Positions 56,127 through 64,000 of a DNA stretch of 64,000 bases are shown one piece after another. The stretch lies in the IMG/VR virus record IMGVR_UViG_3300033121_001133, positions 1-64,000 of that record. The stretch is one strand, 5' to 3'. This DNA comes from a virus. Taxonomy: Duplodnaviria; Caudoviricetes. Numbering within the stretch: position 1 is the stretch's first letter; each line of letters opens with the position of its first letter. The translations under genes and the position numbers were made by a program. The notes beneath the pieces were generated by a model, which searched no databases, was not told where the DNA came from, and saw only the letters and a list, made by a program, of their open reading frames with translations.

Positions 56127-57749
56127 ATGAATCTTTTTGAGAACATGGGTACAGTCAACAGGGCGGACGAGGTCAAGCCGTTGATTACCAAATGGTCGAA
56201 AACCGGCCTGTTGGATGGTCTGAAGACAGCGAACGAGCGTTCAACTGTCGCCATCCTCCTAGAAAACCAAGCTCGACAGCTTGTAAAGGAAGGCTCAGCC
56301 AACTCAGCTGGTGCCGGCACCACAGGTGGTGTTGGTTTCGAGCAGTGGACTGGTGTAGCTCTGCCTCTGATCCGTCGTATTTTCGCTGAAATCTCCTCAA
56401 AGGAGTTTATGAGCGTTCAGCCGATGAATCTGCCAGCAGGTCTGATCTTCTACCTAGACTTTAAGTATGGTAATGACAAGCGTCCTTTCGGCTTCTCGCC
56501 AACCGGCAAGAATCAGACAGGTACCTTGCAAGGTATCACTTCACAAAGTGGTGCACCATCTGACGGTCTGTATGGTGCTGGTCGCTTCGGCTACTCGATT
56601 CCTTACTTCACTTCAACTGTGGCAATTGTCACAGGATCTGTAACAGCTGCTGACGTTTATTTCGACGGTAACTACACAGCTTCTGTTTCAACCCTGAAGA
56701 AAGTGACTTACGCTCTGCCAACCAGCGCAGACGCCGCTGCAGTACGTGCATTCATCCCAGTGTCAGCTTCTACGACTCTGACCGCTGGAACTCACTACTA
56801 CCCAGCATTCACCACTTTCGCTAACGGTTCGGCTTCGTTCATCGTAACTGGCTCAGCTCTGACAGGTACCTTCGGTGGTGCTGTTGCTACAGCTGCTATC
56901 AGCTACTCGATCATGCCTACCAACGATGCTCGTGGTGACTTTGAAGTTGTGACACCTCGTACAACCGACGTGACCAACAACCTAGACACAGACCTGAACA
57001 TCCCAGAGATCGAACTGCAAATGCGCTCGATCCCAGTAACTGCTAAGACTCGTAAGTTGAAGGCAAGCTGGACACCTGAATTCGCTCAGGACTTGAATGC
57101 TTACCACAGCGTTGACGCTGAGGGTGAACTGACTTCGATGCTTTCTGAGTACGTGTCAATGGAAGTTGACCTGGAGAACATCGACATGCTGATCACCGCA
57201 GCTGCTTCGACTGAGTACTGGTCTGCAAGAACTAATCAGATCTGGAACGGATCAACCTTCGCAGCTGATCCTAACGTTTCTGGTAACGCGTACATCCAAG
57301 GTACATGGTTCAGCACTCTAGGTACTAAGCTGCAAAAGGTTAGCAACCAGATCCACGCCAAGACTTTGCGTGGTGGTGCAAACTTCCTAGTTTGTTCGCC
57401 TGACGTGTCAACTATCTTGGAATCAATCCCAGGATATGCTGCTGACACTGACGGTGACAAGGTGAAGTATGCAATGGGCGTACAGAAAGTGGGTTCTCTA
57501 ACCAGCCGTTACAAGGTGTGGAAGAACCCTTACATGCAGGAGAACACCATTCTGATGGGCTTCCGTGGCTCACAGTTCCTGGAAACTGGTGCTGTGTATG
57601 CTCCGTACGTTCCTCTGATGCTGACCCCGCTGGTATACGATCCTAAGAACTTCATCCCACGTAGGGGGGTAATGACTCGCTACGCTAAGGTGGTGACTCG
57701 TCCTGAGTTCTATGGAAAGGTGTACGTTGCTGATCTGAACGCTTACTAA
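56127..57749 (+). CDS. gp23: major capsid protein (T4 gp23-like)
   Basis: KWSKTGLL, ILLENQ, SVQPMNLPAGLIFYLDF, VTAKTRKLKASWTPEFAQDLNAYHSVDAE, YAPYVPL, GVMTRYA. Confidence 0.96.
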   Translation: MNLFENMGTVNRADEVKPLITKWSKTGLLDGLKTANERSTVAILLENQARQLVKEGSANSAGAGTTGGVGFEQWTGVALPLIRRIFAEISSKEFMSVQPMNLPAGLIFYLDFKYGNDKRPFGFSPTGKNQTGTLQGITSQSGAPSDGLYGAGRFGYSIPYFTSTVAIVTGSVTAADVYFDGNYTASVSTLKKVTYALPTSADAAAVRAFIPVSASTTLTAGTHYYPAFTTFANGSASFIVTGSALTGTFGGAVATAAISYSIMPTNDARGDFEVVTPRTTDVTNNLDTDLNIPEIELQMRSIPVTAKTRKLKASWTPEFAQDLNAYHSVDAEGELTSMLSEYVSMEVDLENIDMLITAAASTEYWSARTNQIWNGSTFAADPNVSGNAYIQGTWFSTLGTKLQKVSNQIHAKTLRGGANFLVCSPDVSTILESIPGYAADTDGDKVKYAMGVQKVGSLTSRYKVWKNPYMQENTILMGFRGSQFLETGAVYAPYVPLMLTPLVYDPKNFIPRRGVMTRYAKVVTRPEFYGKVYVADLNAY

Positions 57750-57768
57750 GCGTAGATCAACTAATATA

Positions 57769-57804
57769 GGAACGGCCCCGCCACAAGCGGGGCTTTTCCT
57801 TTTT
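57769..57804 (+). terminator. intrinsic terminator after the capsid gene
   Basis: GCCCCGC-cacaa-GCGGGGC stem followed by TTTTCCTTTTT. Confidence 0.85.
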
Positions 57805-57815
57805 AACCAACCTGG

Positions 57816-57823
57816 TATATTTG
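57816..57823 (+). promoter_or_regulatory. Bacteroidota -7 box TATATTTG
   Basis: Exact TAnnTTTG just after the terminator. No TTG at the 20-nt spacing. Confidence 0.35.
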
Positions 57824-57853
57824 TGGGTATAACATACCTGCTAGTGGAATGAG

Positions 57854-58342
57854 ATGTCTGAGGGATCCGACAGATCTCAGGTTAGTCTGGGTTTAACTTA
57901 CTTGGGATCACTGGTTGCTGTAGTTACCTTCAATCCACAGCGACGATCTCTAGGCCATAAAAACAGCACTCCAGGCACTTGGGAGTTAGTTAGATACGCT
58001 ACCAGCAGGCAGGTAGTGGGTGGTGCTAGCAAGCTGATTAGCGCTTTTGTAAAGAAGTACCGGCCTAATCAGATAGTATCGTATGCCGATCGGAGATACA
58101 CAAATCCTAGTAGTAATTTATACAGAGCTTGTGGGTTTCAATTGATAGGGGAGACTCCACCCAGCTACTGGTACATGAGAAACTACAAGGAGAGGTTGCA
58201 TCGGTATGGATTTACTAAAGGGCGCTTGGTGTCTAAATTTGGAGCAAGTCCCAATCTAACCGAGTGGGAGAGCATGCAGTTATTAGGTTATGATAGAGTG
58301 TGGGATTGTGGCTGCTTTAAGTTCAGCAAGACCTATGTATAG
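57854..58342 (+). CDS. isolated C-terminal (GNAT/Mom-like) domain of a Hef-like homing endonuclease, probably truncated
   Basis: WELVRYA...VVGGASKL...IVSYADRRY...LY...GF...P.YWY...LTEWE.M...GYDRVWDCG. No nuclease part; in-frame stop at 57842. Confidence 0.65.
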   Translation: MSEGSDRSQVSLGLTYLGSLVAVVTFNPQRRSLGHKNSTPGTWELVRYATSRQVVGGASKLISAFVKKYRPNQIVSYADRRYTNPSSNLYRACGFQLIGETPPSYWYMRNYKERLHRYGFTKGRLVSKFGASPNLTEWESMQLLGYDRVWDCGCFKFSKTYV

Positions 58343-58378
58343 AAGACAGGCCTATGTTAAATTAACTTAGTAGTTTCA

Positions 58379-60133
58379 ATGGAGCACAGTGGGAAGGTCA
58401 GTAACCTGGAGAAGAGGAAGCCAAAAGGGGATATTAGATTCAAGGTTGAGTTGAATGAGGAGCAAAAGGAGGCCAAACGAATTGTATATGACAATCCAGT
58501 AGTGTTATTAAAGGGTGCAGCCGGGTCAGGCAAGGCCCAGCCTCTGGACAGTCCGGTCTTAACTCCAACAGGGTATAGACCGATGGGTAGTCTGAGAGTA
58601 GGAGATGAGGTTTGTACGCCTGAGGGTGGTAGAGCAACCATTCTCGGCGTATTCCCCCAAGGGCAGAAGGATGTTTATAGAATAACCTTCAGCGACGGTT
58701 CGACCACTCTCTGCTGTAAAGAGCATCTGTGGAATGTACAGCATAGAAGGGATGAACATACTCCTAGTAGGCATAAGGGTTACAAAAACAGTAACCATGA
58801 TAGATGGATCACTAGGTCTGTTGAGCAGCTATTGGAGCAGCCCCTTCAAGATAGTCAAGGTCTGAATAAGTGGTTTATACCCATATCACATCCTGTGCAG
58901 TTTGATTGTCCGTGGATTGAAAATAAGATTGATCCCTATTTGTTGGGGTGCTTACTTGGAGATGGTCATCTAGGTAAGAATTCTGTGGTAATGACTAGCG
59001 CTGATCTTGAGGTGTTGGAGGGGGTAGAACGCGCTGCTGATAAGGTTGGAGTGCTTGTCAGGCATACCAACTACGGATATGACTATAGACTCGTTACAGA
59101 GAAGGGTCAGTCAAACCCTCTACTCACGCATATGCGGGAATTGGGATTAACAGGCACTCGCTCTCAAAACAAGTTCATCCCAAAAAACTACCTACTCCAG
59201 AGTGTTGAGGATAGGCTATCACTACTTCAAGGCCTACTTGATACAGACGGTGGATTGGAGAGCTCCTCTGTGTGTTTTAATACTACTTCCAAGCAGCTAG
59301 CTGAGGATGTTGAGTTTTTGGTACACTCACTTGGTGGAACTACCAATCGCAGACTGAGGGCGAGCAAACTATATGGAAAGGAGACAGGTACAACCTGCTA
59401 CACCATCACTGTCAAGCTTCCAGGTCAGTTTGCAAATCAATACTTTAGGTTGAGTCGCAAGCAGCGTGCAATTGGAGTGAATAAAAAACAGCCCTCGAGG
59501 TCAATTAAAAGCATCGAGCTGCTTGGTAAGCAAGACTGCCAATGCATCTACGTGGACAGCGACAGTCATCTATATCTAACAGATAGTATGATTGTCACTC
59601 ATAATACCCTTGCAGCCTGCCAAGTTGCCTTGGATATGTTCTTCAAGCGGCAGATTGAGAAGATTGTGATCACAAGGCCTACAGTTTCTCGGGAGGAAAT
59701 AGGCTTCTTGCCCGGGGACATGAAGGAGAAGATGGATCCATGGTTAGCACCAATCTATGCCAACCTATACATGCTCTACAGTAGAGATGGGATCGATAAG
59801 ATGGTAGCGGAGGGAGAGATTGAGATTGTTCCTTTTGCGTTTATGAGAGGTCGAACTTTCCCTAATACGTTCGTGTTGGTAGACGAGTGTCAAAACATCA
59901 CTCACAGTCAGACAGAGATGATGTTAGGGCGATTAGGTAAGGGAGGAAAGATGGTATTCTGTGGAGACCTAGCCCAGATAGACTTGAAGACCAAGAAGGA
60001 TTCCGGGATTGGATTCTTTGTTAGGTTGGAGGAGAGAGTGCCAGGTGTACGGATTGTCACATTGAAGACCAACCATAGGCACGAAGTAGTCGAATCAATC
60101 CTACAAGTATACGCAGAGTATCGAGATATCTAG
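58379..60133 (+). CDS. phoH: PhoH-family ATPase interrupted by an intein
   Basis: GAAGSGK|intein|TLAA, ITRP, IGFLPG, FMRGRTF, VDECQN, GDLAQID, NHRH. Confidence 0.93.
   Translation: MEHSGKVSNLEKRKPKGDIRFKVELNEEQKEAKRIVYDNPVVLLKGAAGSGKAQPLDSPVLTPTGYRPMGSLRVGDEVCTPEGGRATILGVFPQGQKDVYRITFSDGSTTLCCKEHLWNVQHRRDEHTPSRHKGYKNSNHDRWITRSVEQLLEQPLQDSQGLNKWFIPISHPVQFDCPWIENKIDPYLLGCLLGDGHLGKNSVVMTSADLEVLEGVERAADKVGVLVRHTNYGYDYRLVTEKGQSNPLLTHMRELGLTGTRSQNKFIPKNYLLQSVEDRLSLLQGLLDTDGGLESSSVCFNTTSKQLAEDVEFLVHSLGGTTNRRLRASKLYGKETGTTCYTITVKLPGQFANQYFRLSRKQRAIGVNKKQPSRSIKSIELLGKQDCQCIYVDSDSHLYLTDSMIVTHNTLAACQVALDMFFKRQIEKIVITRPTVSREEIGFLPGDMKEKMDPWLAPIYANLYMLYSRDGIDKMVAEGEIEIVPFAFMRGRTFPNTFVLVDECQNITHSQTEMMLGRLGKGGKMVFCGDLAQIDLKTKKDSGIGFFVRLEERVPGVRIVTLKTNHRHEVVESILQVYAEYRDI
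58535..59605 (+). mobile_element. class 3 (Ala1) intein with LAGLIDADG endonuclease, 357 aa
   Basis: AQPLDSPVLTPTG, block B CCKEHLW, LLGCLLGDG and LLQGLLDTDG, block F CQCIYV, block G IVTHN|T. Confidence 0.9.
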
Positions 60134-60143
60134 TTCACATCAC

Positions 60144-60150
60144 TATTTAT
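60144..60150 (+). promoter_or_regulatory. putative late promoter TATTTAT
   Basis: Intergenic, upstream of the fibre gene. Confidence 0.55.
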
Positions 60151-60177
60151 TGGTAATGATGGCCAATACAATAGTCG

Positions 60178-63100
60178 ATGCCTGAGTACGTATCTAAAGC
60201 TGGTGGTGTAGGGCTTGCCCTAGTGCTGACTGTCGAGGACATTCCCTCACTGACAGGGTCAATGTCTGGATCAGTTGACACAGGTTCGTTCCTGATCACA
60301 GCTTCGTTTGCTAATCCTTTCTTATCCTTCTCCAAGGGAGATGGTACACAGTTCTATCTCAACCTTGAGACTCTTGTGCCGATTAACGCACAGACAGCGT
60401 CGTTTGTTACGGGTTCCAGTGTATATGGTCCATATGGTTCAAATAGCGTAATATCGTCATCCTGGTCCGCTACGGCGGCTACTGCATCCTATGTCCCACC
60501 CTATGGAGCTGCAGCATCTCCACCGGAGACTTCTGTCCAGTTTAATAGTGGAGGATTTTTTGAGGGGCGGGCTTTCTTCACATACGAGTATGGAACAGAG
60601 AGCTTGCAACAAGGACTCAAAAACGAAGCTCTAGGCTACTACAGCCACGCAGAGGGAGCTGGAACTTGGACTGGTCAATATGGATACTCCGCCAATCGTG
60701 TGGGATACCATATGGTGCTAGATGCAGGTTATGGAGATGTGACTGGTGTGTTCAGTGGAGTTGATGTTGTTGTGATTGATGATCTGTTTTTTTTCAGTTT
60801 TCCCACTACCGTAGGAATACAAATTACAAGCACCAGCTTTGATGGTACAAATACTCTGATCTACTCGGATCAATTTGATCCAAACTGGAGCTACCTCATT
60901 ATAGGAGTCCCGTTTGAAACAAACCCACCGTCAGCTGACCAGCTAATTAGAGGCTGGATAGGTTATGGAGACGCTATTGACGGAAACGCTGCCCACAGCG
61001 AAGGCGACTACACAATCGCAGCTGGTCACCGTTCACACGCAGAAGGTTCAGGCTCACATGCCATCGGAGGATGGTCTCATGCCGAAGGTAAAAAAACTAT
61101 TGCAGCAGGTCTTAATTCACACGCTGAGGGTGAAGATACTTTAGCGCTTAGAGCAGCTGCTCACGCTGAGGGATCTGGATCAAAAGCGCTGGGATTGGGT
61201 TCCCATGCCGAGGGATACAACACTATTGCAACTGGTGCATATTCACATGCTGAGGGATATGCAACCTTCGCTGCCAGCCTTGGTCCTTACCCTGGACACG
61301 CAGAGGGGTCGGATACTGTGGCTGTCCTCGGTTCTTCTAGGGGTATAGGAACAGTGGCCGCTGGATCTGGTGCTCACGCGGAGGGAGCAGAGACTGTTGC
61401 CGGATTTTTAGGATTCTCCGCCTTACAGCAGGCAGCCTTCAACGAGACCGGATCATGGCTAGTACCAATACCCGGGGATCCAATCGTAGATGTTAGTAGT
61501 TTCTTCACGCCTGGCAACAAGCTATTTGGCTACTTCTATGATTTTGGAGGCAATCCAGTAGGCCTACGGGAGTACACGATATCGTCCTCTATCTATACTC
61601 CAGGAGTTGGTACGTTAGTAGGAGTCTACGAGCTGATTCATTCTATCTACGTTAGTTACATACTAGACCTAGACAGCTGGACGCAGAACCCACGTGCATA
61701 TGCCACAGCGTCAGGGATTAGCTATTATATTCCCAATATCAATAATAATGCCCAGTCGTGGTCATTTCACTCGGAAGGTATTTCTACCGCGGCTCTCGGT
61801 CAGGGATCCCATGCGGAGGGAGGTTATACTAGCACACGGGGACTTTACTCTCACACCGAGGGATACTTCACGCTAGCTCTAAATACCGCCTCTCACGCTG
61901 AGGGGTACTATGCCACTTCTTCGGGCGTGTACGCCCATGCAGAGGGCTATTACACCAGAGCACAGGGACTTGCATCTCACGCTGAGGGTAATTTTGCTGC
62001 GACTTTAGGAAGCGCCTCTCATGCAGAGGGAACCTACACATCAGCTTCAGGTAACTACTCACATGCAGAGGGTAGTTCTAGCTTTGCTGCGGGAGAAGCT
62101 TCTCATGCGGAGGGAATAGGCACGAGAGCAGAGGGCGTAGGTGCCCACGCCGAAGGATTAAGGACTAGGGTACCGGGAGATTTTGCACATGCACAGGGAG
62201 AGTTGACAGTTGCCTTTGGAGCAGGATCGCATGCCGAAGGACACTTCACCACAGCATCAGGAGATTACTCCCACGCAGAGGGATATCTAACCATTGTGGA
62301 TGGGGGCTATGGTCATGCCGAGGGATCGCAGACGCTAGTTGGTGTGGATTTTGCACATGCCGAGGGAAGTGCGAGCGTAGCTGCAGGGGTAGCCTCTCAC
62401 GCGGAGGGATTTTACACAACAGCTTCTGGTGAGTTTGCACACGCGGAGGGATATGAAAGTCAGGCAGTAGGGTCTTATTCTCACGCCGAGGGCATAAACA
62501 CCATCTCAATTGGTCACGCTTCTCATGCAGAGGGAGAAAATACCCAAGCGCTTGGAGAGCATTCCCATGCGGAGGGAATTCAAACAGTGGCAACAGGCAT
62601 TAGTGCTCACGCTGAAGGATTTAACACGAATGCTGTTGGAACATACTCTCACGCAGAGGGCAATGGCACTATAGCTTATAGAGTCGGTCAACACGCAAGT
62701 GGTCAATATAACATCGACCTAAACAATCGTGACTTGTTTGTTATAGGAGATGGCACTAATAGCAGTAATAGGCATGATCTGGTAAACGCATCGATAGGAT
62801 GGTTCCGGATCAGTGGATCAGCAGTAGTGTCAAGCAGCTTGATTGTAGTTGGTAGTAGCACTGTTTCAGGCTCAAACACAATTACTGGTTCTTGGCAGTT
62901 GACTGGTGGAGGTCAGGTGACAGGATCACTAATCGTATCGGGTAGTTTGATTGTACAAGGAGCAACTAGCTTAACAGGATCTGTGCTAATCACAGGAAGT
63001 GTTGTGCATCTTGGCAGTCATACGTTAACAGGATCGTTGACTGTTAGTGGATCTCTAATCGCGAACAGGGTTTATCTCACGGGATCGCTAACAGGATCCT

Positions 63101-63855
63101 TCTTTGGTAGTGGTTCAGGTCACTTCAATGGTATATTTTCAGGGTCGTTGTTTGGTACCTCTTCCTGGGCTATAAATGCGATCACAGCATCGTACATTAC
63201 TAGCTCTGGAGTGAATGGACCATATGGCCCAAACAGCATACTATCAGCCTCTTACTCAGTTACCTCAAGCCACTCAGTAACTACTAGACCTGCAGGCGGA
63301 TTGAACGAGATTCAGTTTAATGGTGGATCCGGCTCTCTAGCTGCTAGCAGCAACCTATCATTCACTGAGCTTAACGAGCTTAACATCAGGTCTATCACCG
63401 ATAATGGTTCAGGTAAGTTGCCAACGAATGCTGGAGTTCGTTTGTGTGATCTTAATGAGACATCAAACGTACAGCGGATCAGCGTGCAGCAAGTGTCCAT
63501 CAACAGGTCCGTTGGTGCAACAACCCGCACTAGCGTAATAACAATACCGGTGGAGGCTCCGGAGAGAGTGGGATTCTTGTGCAATTATGTGATCGTCAGC
63601 GTTAGCGGGGATACAAGATGCGGCCAGCTAATTTGCAGCTGGAAGCATATAGCTACTGGCCCCACTACTGCGGACTACTCTCTAGTTGATACCAACAACG
63701 TCGCATCCACACCAGGATCTGAGGTGGGTCTCGTTAGGTTTGATTTAGACTACGACGTTGTAAATAAGCAGGTATCTCTATATGCTGATTGCACTATGTT
63801 AGTTGATAATGTCAACATCGGAGGTATGTATACCATATTCACATATCCATACTAA
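60178..63855 (+). CDS. tail fibre/adhesin with YadA-head-like SHAEG repeats
   Basis: Dozens of 14-residue xSHAEGxxTxAxG repeats ending HASGQYN...LFVIGDG...RHD, then a TGS/SGS beta-repeat stalk. Confidence 0.85.
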   Translation: MPEYVSKAGGVGLALVLTVEDIPSLTGSMSGSVDTGSFLITASFANPFLSFSKGDGTQFYLNLETLVPINAQTASFVTGSSVYGPYGSNSVISSSWSATAATASYVPPYGAAASPPETSVQFNSGGFFEGRAFFTYEYGTESLQQGLKNEALGYYSHAEGAGTWTGQYGYSANRVGYHMVLDAGYGDVTGVFSGVDVVVIDDLFFFSFPTTVGIQITSTSFDGTNTLIYSDQFDPNWSYLIIGVPFETNPPSADQLIRGWIGYGDAIDGNAAHSEGDYTIAAGHRSHAEGSGSHAIGGWSHAEGKKTIAAGLNSHAEGEDTLALRAAAHAEGSGSKALGLGSHAEGYNTIATGAYSHAEGYATFAASLGPYPGHAEGSDTVAVLGSSRGIGTVAAGSGAHAEGAETVAGFLGFSALQQAAFNETGSWLVPIPGDPIVDVSSFFTPGNKLFGYFYDFGGNPVGLREYTISSSIYTPGVGTLVGVYELIHSIYVSYILDLDSWTQNPRAYATASGISYYIPNINNNAQSWSFHSEGISTAALGQGSHAEGGYTSTRGLYSHTEGYFTLALNTASHAEGYYATSSGVYAHAEGYYTRAQGLASHAEGNFAATLGSASHAEGTYTSASGNYSHAEGSSSFAAGEASHAEGIGTRAEGVGAHAEGLRTRVPGDFAHAQGELTVAFGAGSHAEGHFTTASGDYSHAEGYLTIVDGGYGHAEGSQTLVGVDFAHAEGSASVAAGVASHAEGFYTTASGEFAHAEGYESQAVGSYSHAEGINTISIGHASHAEGENTQALGEHSHAEGIQTVATGISAHAEGFNTNAVGTYSHAEGNGTIAYRVGQHASGQYNIDLNNRDLFVIGDGTNSSNRHDLVNASIGWFRISGSAVVSSSLIVVGSSTVSGSNTITGSWQLTGGGQVTGSLIVSGSLIVQGATSLTGSVLITGSVVHLGSHTLTGSLTVSGSLIANRVYLTGSLTGSFFGSGSGHFNGIFSGSLFGTSSWAINAITASYITSSGVNGPYGPNSILSASYSVTSSHSVTTRPAGGLNEIQFNGGSGSLAASSNLSFTELNELNIRSITDNGSGKLPTNAGVRLCDLNETSNVQRISVQQVSINRSVGATTRTSVITIPVEAPERVGFLCNYVIVSVSGDTRCGQLICSWKHIATGPTTADYSLVDTNNVASTPGSEVGLVRFDLDYDVVNKQVSLYADCTMLVDNVNIGGMYTIFTYPY
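60643..62703 (+). repeat. 42-nt period coding repeats (SHAEG)
   Basis: Degenerate caYgcNgaRgg units every 42 nt, in three blocks. Confidence 0.85.
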
Positions 63856-63856
63856 C

Positions 63857-64000
63857 ATGGCAGCAGGTAGGTATTCATTTGTGATTGAGCAAGGTGCAAC
63901 AGTAGACTTTGAAATCCAATATAAGGACTCCAGCAATCAGCCGATAGACCTATCAGGGTACTCAGGCCGAATGCAGATCAGATCTTCAGTAGAGAGTGGT
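63857..64000 (+). CDS. tail/baseplate accessory protein (BppU-N-like), truncated by the window edge
   Basis: MAAGRYSFVIEQGATVDFEIQYKDSSNQPIDLSGYSGRMQIRSSVESG... Confidence 0.65.
   Translation, partial: MAAGRYSFVIEQGATVDFEIQYKDSSNQPIDLSGYSGRMQIRSSVESG

Noticed and set aside
60156-60185. Mini-ORF MMANTIVDA* overlapping the fibre start
   Set aside because: Too short to support. It could be chance, translational coupling or an indel, and the sequence alone cannot decide.
60643-62703. CRISPR-like regularly spaced repeats
   Set aside because: The units are degenerate at third codon positions, have a 42-nt period and lie in frame in a fibre gene, so they are protein repeats.
1-64000. Stop-codon reassignment
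   Set aside because: Long conserved genes are intact in code 11, and TAA, TAG and TGA all end genes at sensible positions.
1-64000. tRNA genes, diversity-generating retroelement, integrase, tail sheath/tube
   Set aside because: No cloverleaf, reverse transcriptase, adenine-specific repeat pair, recombinase or sheath motif was recognised in this window.

Overview
This window is a gene-dense fragment of a large T4-like tailed phage genome, with all credible genes on the + strand and the standard genetic code. A contractile tail is implied by gp25- and gp6-like baseplate genes. The host is probably Bacteroidota: starts are A-rich without Shine-Dalgarno sites, promoters have a TTG-N20-TA layout, signal peptides are cleaved before Gln, and D-S/T-x sequons occur in exported proteins. 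In order, it carries: a holin/spanin-like membrane cassette and small accessory genes; an HD hydrolase and a gp55-like sigma factor; a long baseplate/tail block (split hub/spike-like gene, VanY-type peptidase, gp25, gp6, Ig- and LamG-containing proteins); an inserted endonuclease I, primase and fused SbcD-SbcC block; putative head-packaged proteins, including a HIGH-nucleotidyltransferase/ligase-like fusion; the head module (terminase, portal, protease, scaffold, major capsid); an intein-containing PhoH; and a SHAEG-repeat tail fibre. The highlight is the large terminase, which is fractured into two genes apparently rejoined by an atypically split intein (33-aa IntN, 108-aa IntC), with a free-standing NUMOD3/Vsr-like endonuclease gene between the halves. 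Other notable signals are a class 3 (Ala1, WCT) LAGLIDADG intein in the PhoH P-loop, a recurring TAYTTAT late-promoter-like motif, a tandem palindromic IHF-like site next to a structured non-coding tract, and a virion-specific (S/T)-(G/A/S)-S motif. All functional calls come from reading motifs by eye; no database search was run.
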